Part shown: one piece after another, positions 42,405 through 53,453 of the stretch
How the letters are laid out: every line of letters begins with the position of its first letter
Numbering within the stretch: the first letter of the stretch is position 1
IMG/VR virus record: IMGVR_UViG_3300005541_000008
Coordinates: 1 to 64,000 of that record
Source of the DNA: a virus
Reading direction: 5' to 3' (one strand)
Length of the DNA stretch: 64,000 bases
Position numbers and translations under genes: made by a program
The notes under the pieces: model-generated
Databases searched by the model: none
Told to the model about the DNA's origin: nothing
The model's input: only the letters and a program-made list of their open reading frames with translations

Positions 42405-42912
42405 TCGGGAGGCGAAGTGGATGTTACGTTAACTCCGTCCATGCTGGGCATGCCGGACGTCTCTTTACTAAGCTTAATATGCGGTGTGGGGCTGCTTGTG
42501 ATCGGGTGTGTCCTGTCGATTTTCGGAATGCGCGTTCTCTTTTCTGGCGGACCCGTCGCTTTGGTCCTCGTGATCTTCGCCGTTGTCGTGATTGTCGAGT
42601 GTTTCGCCTTCAGCTTAATTGGCTTTGGTGATTTTTTAGGGTTTTTCCGTTTCGTTGTTTACGGAGGATACGGTGGCGGAAAAGGCGGTGTGGGTAGGAG
42701 TTATTATATATGATTGCGAGACGTGCCTTTTCCAGACGTTTGACCACGACGATAAGGGCGTGCGTATTACAACCTGCCAGAATTGCGGGACGCAATACGA
42801 GGTAGTGATGCGTCTCGTGCGAAAACCCGGGGAGCCGCGGTTGTAGCTTACCGGTTTGTTCCCCAGCTCAAAATTTGACCGAACTCGTTGAAAAATAAAG
42901 CAAATTTTTCTG

Positions 42913-42941
42913 TTGACTTTCATTTTAAAACGCTCTATAAT
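42913..42941 (+). promoter_or_regulatory. Strong sigma70-type promoter
   Basis: TTGACT-17-TATAAT with AT-rich UP region; palindrome CTCTATAATTGTAGAG overlaps the -10. Confidence 0.8.
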
Positions 42942-43805
42942 TGTAGAGTTAGGATTGCAACACCACTAACGTAATAGGAAATCCAGCCAATATCCAACGC
43001 AACTCCTCGTGTAGCGAGGAAACGCAAAGGAGTCAGAAATGAACCAAAGCAGTTCCGAAACCCACCAGGACGATACGAAGCTACCTAAAGGTGTGCTGTC
43101 CTTTGATCTGCTCGAGAGGGACGAGACAGTCCTTCTTCGGGGGAGAAGGAAAGCAACCCGTGAACTTGCGGGAATGATCGAGACGCAGCTTCACGATCGG
43201 CCTTTTAGCGTGTGTCGCTTCAAGATGGACGAAGGGGTCAACGGACACACAATCGCTAACACTCTCCGCAAAATGCTCAAGGGCAAGGGGGTCACGATCC
43301 AGGCCTCCGAAGGTGGCACGGTTATTTATGCGTGGCACGAATCAGCGGACCCGGAGCATAGAGAGGGGGTAGTAGCGTGACGAGGAGAAAAAGGGTAGGG
43401 AAAAAAGGGCCTTTACCTGCGGGTGAGTACACAGTGCGCATTGCACGTATGGTGCCCGTGAGTAGGGGTAGGACACTGAGAGTGACGCTACAGGTCCTAA
43501 AAGGGCCTTACAAAGGGCGCAGAATGAACGAGCATCTTGGGGCTGCTGTTGTTAACGATAAGCGGCTCCGAAGGAGGGCGTCCAAGTGAAGTATAAGCGA
43601 GCTCTCACCAGGGGACAAATAAGGTCGTGCGAAGCGGCCGAGCATCCCACGTGTAGGTGCAGGTGCGCCGGGCGAATGCACGGACAGGACCACACCGAGT
43701 TCGCAAGCCTCGTGCAGGGGATGATTGATGAGAAAGGAGAAATCACGGACGTCGAGATCAACGACATCATCGATTATCTCAAGTACGGAAGATAGGACAC
43801 TGGTA

Positions 43806-43839
43806 GCGCTACCCGCTCAACACGCGAAGCGGGTAGCGC
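43806..43839. promoter_or_regulatory. 12-bp intergenic stem-loop
   Basis: GCGCTACCCGCT-10nt-AGCGGGTAGCGC. Confidence 0.5.
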
Positions 43840-44787
43840 GCTCGGCTGCGACGTGAAAGGGGGGTTCGGTGAACGAGGTGCCGTGCGGGTATCCGTGTCA
43901 TGTGTGTAGTGAGTTGAGGCGGAAGGGGCTGCGGTTTAGTATGACCGCTCCGGTTTTGAGAGGTGGAAGAAGGTGTCCGGGCTGTAGAGGGGCGCCGTAC
44001 GAACACCACCACCACGCGATTATCGAGGAAGAGTCGCGGAAAGGCGAAACACAGCTCCACGACGACGAAAAGAGTGAGTTTAAGCGGTGGAAGGAATTAA
44101 AGAAGCTCGGAATGGCATAACGTACTCATACATTTTATAGCACGTCACGCCGAGCCACCGTTAAATCTGTTTGACACTGCACCCAAAGAACTGCTACGCG
44201 GCTAGTACTAATCCCCCTGCGTGGAGGCGTTTGTTATGGTTCGCGCTATTAGGGCTGATAAGGTCTTGGTTTATGGTGATTTTGCGGTAGAGGAATTGCC
44301 GGATGAAGAGTCGGTTTTTGTAGCCGAGATTCTCACCTTGAGGGAGGAGGTTGCGAAGTATGAGCGCCTCAGGAAGGTTGTGGGCGAAGTCTTCGCGATC
44401 AACGAGGCAGGAGGGCCAGGATCGAGAAAAGAAGTCCGAGACTTGCTCGCCCCGTTTGTACCCGCCGAGGCCAAAGTGCGAGCGGTGTAACGGGTTTCTC
44501 GTGGTTGTGGTGAATTGGCAGTTTAGTGGGATTGGGTGTGTGAATTGCGGGGACTTGTGGGATGCGGTTGTGTTAATGAATAGGGAGTTGTTTGGTGGAC
44601 GGAAGGTACAAAGAGATAACGCTCGCGAAGGTCAAAGCGAAGATTGAGGAGATGAAGCGGAGGGCCGCTACGGAGCCGGATTTTGGAGTGAGGGTCGGGA
44701 AGGCGCGGGGGTTGTTTCGAAACCCCAAGGAAAAGGAAGAGTTCAAGAAGTGGAAAGAGATGATGGAGCGCGAGGCGTTAGGGGGGA

Positions 44788-44976
44788 TTGAAAGTGCCGG
44801 TGATTAAGAGATTGTGTAAGGATTGCGGGGTTGTTTTCGACTTTGACGAGGGGGAACAGGCGTTTTTCGCGAAGAAACACTTCGATGAGCCGAAAAGGTG
44901 TGTGGCGTGTAGGAAGAAGGTGAGGGATAGGAAGAAGACCGAGACCGGAGGAAATCGGAGTGAGGTCGGATTATAA
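44788..44976 (+). CDS. Zinc-ribbon domain protein (zf-trcl-like)
   Basis: CKDCG..F.F..GEQAFF..K....PKRC..CR. Confidence 0.8.
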   Translation: MKVPVIKRLCKDCGVVFDFDEGEQAFFAKKHFDEPKRCVACRKKVRDRKKTETGGNRSEVGL

Positions 44977-45517
44977 GTATGTTGATAGGGCGACGGCGAT
45001 TGTGCTTTGTGTTACGGCAAAGGGTAAGGAATGTCTCGCGAGCTTTGCGGATCGCCCCGAACGGCTGCAAACGGATTCTAGGGCAGTGCGTATGAGAGAG
45101 CTCCTCCTCGCTCTGAACGAAGAGTACGTCGAGGTGAAGGAGGGAGAAGGCTGGATGGAGTGGTACCGCGAGTACGCGCTGCAGTTTCGGCAAGGCGCGG
45201 GACGCGTTACGGATGTGTCTTGGAACGATTTCAGAGACGCGCTTCTCGACGAGCTGATCTCGGTGCGTAAGGTAATTTGGGACGACGTTAGGTACAAAAA
45301 GGGGCGGCGTGCTTATCAACTCTTCATTAGAGAGAAGGGGTGGAAATGAAAGAACTCGTGATTAGATTCGAGGACGATGCGGCTTTCGATTACGTGATGA
45401 GTGGGTTGGTGGAAGCAGGGGCGAATATGGGGGGCAAGACGCCCGAAGAAGCGGCTGCGGTGATTCTTGAAGACGCTCTCTTCGAGGAGCCGGAGAGCGA
45501 AAACGGGGCCGAGGAAT

Positions 45518-45552
45518 CGACTAGTTAACACGGGACTAGTCGTTTTCCTTTT
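45518..45552 (+). terminator. Intrinsic terminator
   Basis: CGACTAGTT-loop-GACTAGTCG followed by TTTTCCTTTT. Confidence 0.7.
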
Positions 45553-45587
45553 CTGAACACCCAAGTACGCGACTTGAAAGGGATCCC

Positions 45588-46028
45588 GTGTCGTCTCCAA
45601 AGATTGAGGTTGTACGTAAGTTCGGTTTTGATGCTGCGCACAGGCTAATCAACCACGAAGGCAAGTGTGCGTGGCTTCACGGCCACCGCTACACTGTCCA
45701 CGTGCATTTAGCGCCGAAGCTAGGGCTCGACCCTGTTGGTCGGGTGCTTGACTTCGCCGTGATGCAACGTTGGATAGGAGGGTGGCTCGATGAGCACCTT
45801 GACCACAATACTATCCTCCACGAGGAGGACGGCACGCTTGCAGCGGGTATTGCAAAGTTCTGCAGGGGTGGTTCGCCGTTCCTCCTTCCTTATAATCCCA
45901 CAGCAGAGAATATAGCTAAATTCCTTCTCGATACGATCGCCGGGCACCTACTCAAAGGTGTTCCGGTTGTTGTGACGCGTGTCGTTGTTGAAGAAACCCC
46001 TAATTGTAGAGCGGAGGTCGAGATATGA
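45588..46028 (+). CDS. queD: 6-carboxy-5,6,7,8-tetrahydropterin synthase
   Basis: FDAAHRL, CAWLHGHRY, LDH, PTAENIA, ET. Confidence 0.92.
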   Translation: MSSPKIEVVRKFGFDAAHRLINHEGKCAWLHGHRYTVHVHLAPKLGLDPVGRVLDFAVMQRWIGGWLDEHLDHNTILHEEDGTLAAGIAKFCRGGSPFLLPYNPTAENIAKFLLDTIAGHLLKGVPVVVTRVVVEETPNCRAEVEI

Positions 46029-46883
46029 AGTTTTTCGCGGACCAGAGGATTATTATAAACCTCGAGAAGCTTTTCTACGCGGAGAAGAAGGATGTACCGT
46101 CGGGGAAGAAGATGGATTACTTTCTTATCCTCTACTTCGGTGACGAGACGGACACGGAGGTGGCGTATGGAACGGCGAGGGCGAGAGATGAGGCGTATGA
46201 GAGAATTGTAAGGGCCGTGGAGGGGGCGGAGCATGGAGATCCTGGACGAGAGGGAGATCGAACTGGCGAAGGAGGAGATACAGAAGAAGGGGCTACTGGG
46301 AATAGAGGAGGAGACAGCCAAGAAGTGGGCAGCGAGAGCAGCGGCGGCTTACGTGATGTCAGTTGACGCTGACGAAGGAGATGCGCAACAGTGGTGGGAC
46401 GACGGCGAGGTGTACAGAAATGAAGCGCTGGAGCACGCTTCGCAAGTCTCGGGAGAACTCGTAGATACGATCGCGGACGCTCTGGAGGAGTATAGGGAGC
46501 CGGCTGCACGCGAGACGGGAAGGGGGTTTTACTATAACGGCTAAGGCACGGCAACGTAAGGAGGACGGCAATGAACATTAGACAGAGACTACTAGACTCG
46601 GGGAATTTTAAGTGTGCGTGCGGGTGTGGGGAGGTGTTAAAGGACGCGGAGTGTGTGATACCGGCAACGGCGTACGTGCTTAAAGACCACTTTTGGAACC
46701 TCGTACCGAGGCCGGCGATGACACAGGCTGAGGAGGAGGTAGAAGCCGAGCGTACGGGGGTACATCCGAATCCTGAGGCGGAGAGAGAAAGGCAGGGCTT
46801 TGAGTTGTCGAGAGCGGTGTCGCGGCGGGTGAAGCTCTCGAGGGAGGAGAGGGAAGAGTTTAAGAGGTGGAAGGGGGAGAAGG

Positions 46884-47543
46884 ATGAAGGTGGTGAGCCT
46901 GCTTAGCGGGGGTTTGGATTCGACGGTGATGCTTTACGCCCTGCGCGCTGCAAGACATAAGGTGAAGTGCGTGTCGTTTGATTACGGGCAGAGACATAGA
47001 GTTGAGTTGGAGAGCGCGCAGAGTATCGCGATTAATGCGGGGGTCGAGTATAGGAGGGTTGACCTCACAACGATTACGGATCTCCTAAAGGGCTCTTCGC
47101 AAACGGATGAGGCGGTAGACGTGCCCGAGGGGCATTACGCGGCTGAGAGCATGAAGCTGACGGTGGTGCCGAATCGTAATATGATTATGCTCTCGATTGC
47201 CGCAGCTTGGGCAATTAGCACGGGCTATGATGCGGTGGCGTACGCCGCGCATGCCGGGGACCATGCTATCTATCCGGATTGTAGGAGGGAGTATGTGAAG
47301 GAATTGTCAGGGGCTTTCCTCCTCTGCGACTGGCAGCCAATCGCGCTTTACACCCCCTTTATCGACCTCACAAAGGCGGAGATTGTGCAGCTCGGCGTTA
47401 AGCTCGACGCGCCGTTTCACCTTACCTTCAGCTGCTATAAGGGGAAGGCGGGTGTGCATTGTGGCCGCTGCGGAACGTGTACGGAGCGGAAGGAGGCTTT
47501 TACACTAGCGGGGGTTACGGACCCTACAACCTACGAGGCGTGA
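46884..47543 (+). CDS. queC: 7-cyano-7-deazaguanine synthase
   Basis: SGGLDS, FDYGQRH, VPNRNMI, YPDCR, SCY..CGRCGTC. Confidence 0.95.
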   Translation: MKVVSLLSGGLDSTVMLYALRAARHKVKCVSFDYGQRHRVELESAQSIAINAGVEYRRVDLTTITDLLKGSSQTDEAVDVPEGHYAAESMKLTVVPNRNMIMLSIAAAWAISTGYDAVAYAAHAGDHAIYPDCRREYVKELSGAFLLCDWQPIALYTPFIDLTKAEIVQLGVKLDAPFHLTFSCYKGKAGVHCGRCGTCTERKEAFTLAGVTDPTTYEA

Positions 47544-47544
47544 A

Positions 47545-48384
47545 GTGGCGACGAGATTGGTGCTTAGGAACCACGAGATTGATAACTTCCTCCAGTGTCG
47601 TAGGAAGTATAAACTCAAGTGCGACGGGTGGACTGAGCACGATCGCGATGAGAACCTCTTGATCGGCTCTGCCGTGCACGCAGCCCTCGCGGATTGGGCT
47701 TTGAAGAAGGACGAGACGGCGGCGCTCCAACTCGCGTTTAAAGAGGTTGGAACGGTCGAAGGGGAGATTGCGGAGCATGTTTATTTGATCTTATCGGAGT
47801 ACTTTGTCCGGTATAAGAACGACCGCCTCGTGCCTATTGCGACGGAGACAGAGTTTACGGTGCCGCTCGCCGAAGTCACGGTGGACGGTGTGGAGTACGA
47901 TGTCCAAATTGGAATGCGCACCGACGGCCTCGTGTCGTATGAGGGCGGAATTTGGGTAAAGGAGAGTAAGACGACGGGGTTTCCGCCTGCGACGTTCTGG
48001 AGGAAGTTCCTTCTCGATCGACAAACGCTCGAGTATTATTGGGGGTGGCGGAAGAAGTCAGAGCTCAGGATTAGTGGGGTTGTTGTAGATGCGATGTTCA
48101 AGCCGCGTAAAAACCAAAACCCCGAGCCTAAGTTTGACCGTCAATACTTCTCGCCAACGCCCTTCGACGTCGCTCGTTGGGAACGGGAGACGATCTCCAT
48201 TGCACGGGATATAATCCGGACGCGCCACGACAACGACTACTACGGCTCGGGGAAGTGCCAGAGCTACGGGAAGTTTTGCGAGTTTTACGATTATTGTTGC
48301 AACGGCGAGAACCCCGCAGTGCTCGCAAGTACCCACCGCCCCGAGACCGAGGAAGAACGGAAGCGAAGATTAGGGGTGCGGTAG
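47545..48384 (+). CDS. PD-(D/E)XK exonuclease (RecB/Cas4-like recombination nuclease)
   Basis: QCRRKY, GSAVH, TE.EF, RTDGLV, ESKT, Q...Y, C-terminal Cys residues. Confidence 0.8.
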   Translation: MATRLVLRNHEIDNFLQCRRKYKLKCDGWTEHDRDENLLIGSAVHAALADWALKKDETAALQLAFKEVGTVEGEIAEHVYLILSEYFVRYKNDRLVPIATETEFTVPLAEVTVDGVEYDVQIGMRTDGLVSYEGGIWVKESKTTGFPPATFWRKFLLDRQTLEYYWGWRKKSELRISGVVVDAMFKPRKNQNPEPKFDRQYFSPTPFDVARWERETISIARDIIRTRHDNDYYGSGKCQSYGKFCEFYDYCCNGENPAVLASTHRPETEEERKRRLGVR

Positions 48385-48385
48385 G

Positions 48386-48925
48386 GTGCAGGCGCATATC
48401 TACGCGGATGAGGATATTGTTATTATCAAGGCGCCTTGGCGTCCGGGGTTTGCCGATGCGCTCAAGAACGAGTTGCCCAAGGGCGATCGCGCGTGGAATA
48501 ATGAGGACAAGGTTTGGGAGTGTCATCCGCGCCATCTCGAGACGATTGTGGAGATTGCGCAGGACTACTTTGCGGAGGTGATAGTTGACGAGTCGGTCGA
48601 GGCTTTCGAAGCGGAGAAGAAGCAGAAGCCGCAACGCGGACAGCCCACCTTCACCGCGGATGAAGTGCGTAAGCTCAAGGTGGAGTGGGAGAAGAGTATG
48701 CGGGAGAAGATTGAGGCAGAGGTGAGGGCGCGGTATAACTGGGAAAGGTCGGGCACTGGGAAGAATAAGGGGCCGTGGGATGAGCTGCGCGCTATACTCT
48801 CCCAAGATGATATGAAGACGGTGTTTAGGGCGTTGGCAAAGAAGCACCACCCGGACGTCGACGGGAATGACGGGGAGAAGATGAAGAAGCTAAACGCGGT
48901 ATTCGAGAAGATGGGGGTGAAGTAG
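48386..48925 (+). CDS. Protein with C-terminal J-domain-like HPD module
   Basis: FRALAKKHHPD...MKKLNAVFE; N-terminal WNNEDKVW HARP-like segment. Confidence 0.7.
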   Translation: MQAHIYADEDIVIIKAPWRPGFADALKNELPKGDRAWNNEDKVWECHPRHLETIVEIAQDYFAEVIVDESVEAFEAEKKQKPQRGQPTFTADEVRKLKVEWEKSMREKIEAEVRARYNWERSGTGKNKGPWDELRAILSQDDMKTVFRALAKKHHPDVDGNDGEKMKKLNAVFEKMGVK

Positions 48926-49201
48926 GTGGAGGAGATGCCTTTCACGCCGTGGTCGAAGGCGCGTATTGCGCAGGGGAGGAAATGGGCAACAACGAGAACG
49001 AGGAGCTGGAACGATCCGAGGGTGATCGATATGACGTGGCTCCCGTTAGGGTTTGTGCGGGATCACTTATACGCGATAGAAGGGGCCGACTCTCCGGAAG
49101 AGTTTGAGAGGGTGTGGAAGGGTATTCATAGGGGCCATTTCGATCCGACTAAGGTGGTGTGTGTGCACTTTGGGGATTTCTCTAGGGAGGTAGGGGGATG
49201 A
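48926..49201 (+). CDS. ASCH-like domain protein
   Basis: IAQGRKWATTR, EGADSPEEF..W. Confidence 0.55.
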   Translation: MEEMPFTPWSKARIAQGRKWATTRTRSWNDPRVIDMTWLPLGFVRDHLYAIEGADSPEEFERVWKGIHRGHFDPTKVVCVHFGDFSREVGG

Positions 49202-49462
49202 AAGAACCTATCAAGTTTGTATACCTCTGGTCGAACGGAATGGTAATGGTGTTTGATGATGAGGGCGAGCAGGTCACCGAACTCCAAGGGCCGAAGCACG
49301 TCGCAACCGCTAAACTCCTCGACGTGAATTTGGAGAAGGCGCGGTTTTACATGGGGAATTGGGAGACACGGGAACTAATAGAAATACCCAGAGATTCCTT
49401 CTTCTGCGAAGCGTGGGAAGTGACTAGTGAATATCACGAATGGAAAGGGAGGATCGTTGCAT

Positions 49463-49927
49463 ATGACCCCTCTTGATTCAGGAGTGTGGCGCGGTCCGCG
49501 GCCGGTGACTGTAAAGGACGTATACGCCCTTAAGGAGGCCGGGATTAAGGCGTGTTTGAGTTTGCAAAGCGGGTGGTATGAGGCGCTTCGCGACGAGGTA
49601 TATGAAGAGGATGAGATGCTCGAATCGCGGGGGATAAGGTCGTTCCACCTCCCGCTGAGTGATTGGAGACCCCCAACGCGCGAAGTGTTGGAAACAGCAA
49701 AAATGCTCATGACGGACGTAGCAAACCATCCTATCTACGTGCATTGTCTACACGGGGTGGATAGGACGGGGATTGTGTGTGCGTATTATCGGGTTAAAGT
49801 ACACGGATGGGCGATCGACCGTGCTTTGGGCGAAATGTACACTCTCGGGTTTCATACTATGCCGTATAGATGGCCGTTGGGATGGGTATGGGCTTTGAGA
49901 AAGATAGTAGGAACACCCTCGGCGTAA
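49463..49927 (+). CDS. Cys-based (tyrosine/dual-specificity) phosphatase
   Basis: VHCLHGVDRTG, CX5R motif. Confidence 0.9.
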   Translation: MTPLDSGVWRGPRPVTVKDVYALKEAGIKACLSLQSGWYEALRDEVYEEDEMLESRGIRSFHLPLSDWRPPTREVLETAKMLMTDVANHPIYVHCLHGVDRTGIVCAYYRVKVHGWAIDRALGEMYTLGFHTMPYRWPLGWVWALRKIVGTPSA

Positions 49928-50047
49928 AATGCAGATAGTCCTTTTAGACATTAATGTCGTCCTCACCGCACAGCACCTTCCGCGATTAGTATCTTAGCAC
50001 AGCTCCCCACTTGACCTATTTTCGGCCTTGAGGCCTTGGAGGAAAGC

Positions 50048-51013
50048 ATGGCAGACTTATTTGACGACTCAGGAGAGGTTCAGCAGGCCTATCTTAAGGT
50101 ATTGATCTATGGCGGCTCAGGGGCCGGGAAGACGTATACCGCGCTGCAGGTCGCGACGGCGCTCGGGAAGACGGGGATTGTTGACACCGAGAGGGGATCT
50201 GAGCCTTACCGCCCGATATTCAAAAACCCCGACGGGACGCCGTTTTCCGTAGCGCCTACGCGCTCGTGTAAGGTTGTAGTCACGCAAGCTATCCCCGAGG
50301 CAATTAAGAAGGAGTATGCGTGCTTAATTGTCGACCAAGTTTCGACAATGTGGGACGACCTAAAGGATCAGTATATTCTTCAAGAGTGGCGGAAGCAGAG
50401 TAAGGCGTGGTACTTCATCGAGAAGAACGGCAAACTCCCCTTCCAAGCGTGGTCCTTTATAAAAGGGCCTTTCCGCAAGATGATCCGGGAACTCCTCGAC
50501 GCACCTATGCACGTCTTTATCGTGGCGCGCGGTATGGACGAGTTCCAGGTCTCGCAGGACGGCGGAGAGCCGCTGAAGACGGGTGAGCGGCCTGAGGGTG
50601 AGAAGAATACGAAGTTCGAGCCCCCGATTATGGTTAAGATGGAGGGGGACGTGAAGAAGAAGAAGTGGGCCGCGTTTGTGGAGAAGGATAAGTGGAGGGC
50701 GATTGAAGGGCAGGTTTTCATCAACCCGACGGCGGAGATGTTTGCCCCGGTACTCGCGAAACTGGGTTCCGTACACGGAGCAATCCCCGCTCCGGCGGAA
50801 GAAGAGGCCCTGGATATAGGGGAGGTAGCTACGGTAGGCGCGGGGCCGGATCAATTACTGCTCATAAGGAAACTCGCAGAGAAAGGGGGTGTTGCCAATG
50901 ACGTAGTCGAGAAGAGACTCACGAACATTTCACGTGTGGAAGCAGCAGAGATCGTCAACCGTGTGACGCTCAATGATTGGAGCGTCTTTGAAGTTAAAGA
51001 GGAGGTAGGGTAA
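50048..51013 (+). CDS. AAA ATPase (Sak4/AAA_24-like)
   Basis: YGGSGAGKT, VDTERGS, LIVDQ; adjacent to SSB. Confidence 0.8.
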   Translation: MADLFDDSGEVQQAYLKVLIYGGSGAGKTYTALQVATALGKTGIVDTERGSEPYRPIFKNPDGTPFSVAPTRSCKVVVTQAIPEAIKKEYACLIVDQVSTMWDDLKDQYILQEWRKQSKAWYFIEKNGKLPFQAWSFIKGPFRKMIRELLDAPMHVFIVARGMDEFQVSQDGGEPLKTGERPEGEKNTKFEPPIMVKMEGDVKKKKWAAFVEKDKWRAIEGQVFINPTAEMFAPVLAKLGSVHGAIPAPAEEEALDIGEVATVGAGPDQLLLIRKLAEKGGVANDVVEKRLTNISRVEAAEIVNRVTLNDWSVFEVKEEVG

Positions 51014-51453
51014 TGAGTGTGCTGGACTTGGACTGGGAAACATTGCCCGATAGTGACGCGTTGCCACCGGGCGAGTATACGCTACGCATCGACAAAGTCT
51101 CGGAAATTCAGCTCGACAAGAGACAAAATCAATACCTGGGCTTCGAGTACTCGGTTATCGAAGGCGAGTATGTGAATCGGAAGGTCTTCGATCCGTACGT
51201 GCCTTTGCAGGGCCGCTCGACGCTCAAAAAGATCCTGCGTGCGACAAAGTTCCCGCAGCAGCGTCTCGGCAACTCCGATCAACTAATCGGACTCACGTTC
51301 AAAGCGGTGCTTCGTGTTGAGAAGACAGAGGAGTACGGCGAACAGAACCGGATTGTCGCGTACATCGACCCGGATAACCGGCAGTCGATGGATATGTCGG
51401 CACCTCCGGTGGGTGCAGGGGCAGCGAAAGCGGGAGCAAGGAAAGGACGGTAA
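51013..51453 (+). CDS. DUF669-like single-stranded DNA-binding protein
   Basis: LPPGEY, EGEY.NRKVFD, YGEQNRI. Confidence 0.75.
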   Translation: MSVLDLDWETLPDSDALPPGEYTLRIDKVSEIQLDKRQNQYLGFEYSVIEGEYVNRKVFDPYVPLQGRSTLKKILRATKFPQQRLGNSDQLIGLTFKAVLRVEKTEEYGEQNRIVAYIDPDNRQSMDMSAPPVGAGAAKAGARKGR

Positions 51454-52145
51454 GAGAAGGAGGACGAATGGTGAGCTTAGCGGACATGCTTCAAGGGTTT
51501 TTGGTGGCTGCGGCGTCAGTAAGCTTCGGCGCCTGGATGGGGAGCTGGACCGCTGGGCTCACCGCGTTCTTCGTGCTGTTGCTCTTAGCACTTATTCGGT
51601 AGGGGAGGTGATATGGAGGACGGAAAGGTAAACCCCTGGCTCGCAGCCGAGGATATAGCGGTGGGGGTGGTGCGCACGGTAGGGGTGAAAGGGATAGTGA
51701 GCTTTCTGAAGAATGTGTTTAGGGGGGCGTCGAATCAGAGCGTACCGCGGGCGGAGGACGTGTATTTAGCGCTCGTAGACCTGGAGAAGACGCTCGAGGT
51801 TGGTGTGCGGGTGGATGTTGAGAAGTTACTAAAAGGGGGAGGCGGGTGAGATGGGAGGGTTAATTGAAGGGGTGATGTTTGGGGTGCTGACCGACTGTCA
51901 TACTTCGAAGGAGCGTAGGGTTAAGTGCACGTTTAAGGTAGTGCCCGTAGACGGCCGCGATGCGTTTCAACTATACGGAGGGCCTACGGGGTTTGAGGGC
52001 TTCTACATGGACGGTAGTAAGGAAGCGACGCATCGCACGGGAGGATGGTGCGCGTGTGAGGGTACGAAGGAGCAGTGGGATACACTCAAGTTTTCCGCCG
52101 AGGAAATGACGCACGTTTACGATCACATAGCGAAAGCGAGGAGAA

Positions 52146-52799
52146 ATGGCAATGATAGCCGTTAATGAGGTGTTTGATACGATTCAGGGCGAGGGGGTGC
52201 ATACCGGAAGGCCGGCCACTTTCGTACGACTCGCGCGGTGTAATCTAGCGTGTATGAAATGCGACTCGGAATTTAACAACCCCGTGATGGAGATGACAGT
52301 GGCCGAGATTATAAAGCGCCTTAACACCAAAATCCCTATCGTGGTGATAACAGGGGGCGAGCCGACGCTGCAAAATCTCGACGCGCTACTAATTGAGCTG
52401 GTGGAAAGGGGATACCAAGCTCATCTGCAAACCAACGGCACACAGAAAATCCACGAGTTCTTCACTTGGGTGTGCGTGAGTCCTAAGCTTAAGTATATGG
52501 AGCCGCTCTACGAATCGGTAATTCGCGCCGACGAGATTAAGATGCCGATTACGTGCGCGGAGGACATTGAGGAGGCCGAAGCCTTCCGCGCTAAGTTTGC
52601 GGGAGCGAAGGCTGAGTGGTACCTACACCCCTGGAATGATAATTTCGAGCAAATCCGCCACGGAAAGAATCTTAGCCCTGGGGCTAGGTCGCTCGAGGGT
52701 TTCAATTCCGATAATAACCGTTTGTGTGTCGAACACGCGGTAAAGACGGGACGCTGGAGAGTTTCTGTTCAGGTACATAAAATTCTTGGCGTAAGGTAG
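52146..52799 (+). CDS. queE: 7-carboxy-7-deazaguanine synthase (radical SAM)
   Basis: TIQGEG, CNLACMKCD, TGGEP, TNG, SPK, Q.HK. Confidence 0.93.
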   Translation: MAMIAVNEVFDTIQGEGVHTGRPATFVRLARCNLACMKCDSEFNNPVMEMTVAEIIKRLNTKIPIVVITGGEPTLQNLDALLIELVERGYQAHLQTNGTQKIHEFFTWVCVSPKLKYMEPLYESVIRADEIKMPITCAEDIEEAEAFRAKFAGAKAEWYLHPWNDNFEQIRHGKNLSPGARSLEGFNSDNNRLCVEHAVKTGRWRVSVQVHKILGVR

Positions 52800-52800
52800 T

Positions 52801-53226
52801 ATGTTGGACTATAGATATATCGCCGGTCTCTTCGACGGAGAAGGTAACTTTTGTATCTCCAAAATCCGGACGAACAACGGCCCCGCAGGTAATTGGGCCT
52901 TCCGTATTTCGCTAGGTATGGCGTATAACCCTATCATAGAAGAGTTATACAAGATGTTCGGAGGGCATCTCAGATCGTATAAATCGAAAAACTGCAACAT
53001 CTTGCGTTGGTATATAAGCAATGCTGCCGAAGCACGGTGGTTTCTGGCAGCTATGTATCCACTATTAATAGTAAAGAGAGAGCACGCCGAGATTATGGGG
53101 ATCTTCCTAAACACTGTAGGGACGCCTAGTAAAGGGCTCTCGGACGAAGCGCGCCAAACACGAGAGCTTTGTGTTGAACTGTTACAGAGTATAAACTTAA
53201 AGAAAGGTAAACGGAAGAGCGGATAA
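52801..53226 (+). mobile_element. Free-standing single-motif LAGLIDADG homing endonuclease
   Basis: YIAGLFDGEG, FGG, YPLLIVKREHA; visibly lower GC. Confidence 0.85.
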
Positions 53227-53453
53227 ATGGAATCTTCTGAAAACCCAACTCAGGTAGAGATTAAGATCGTAAGCCCGCTCCCTCCGCGTTTGATATTTAA
53301 GGGGCAGTCCTACGTGCAGTTTGAGGACCCTTTCCTTAAACAATGGGAGACGTTCGGGAGGATTGTGTTTAGCGTTATGCAGCGGGAGCTTTCGCGGGGT
53401 ATGGCACCGGTGATTAGGATTATTATCGACGAAGCGACACTACGGGGAGGAAA

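Noticed and set aside
44171-44200. TTGACA as a promoter -35
   Set aside because: No convincing -10 element at 16-18 nt spacing.
46538-46570. Short pentamer-like stretch cggcta aggcac ggcaa cgtaa
   Set aside because: Only four units, within chance expectation.
47545-48384. Cas4 as part of the RAMP system
   Set aside because: It is over 5 kb away, beyond a promoter and terminator, and lies near the AAA ATPase and SSB; a typical phage recombination exonuclease is the simpler reading.
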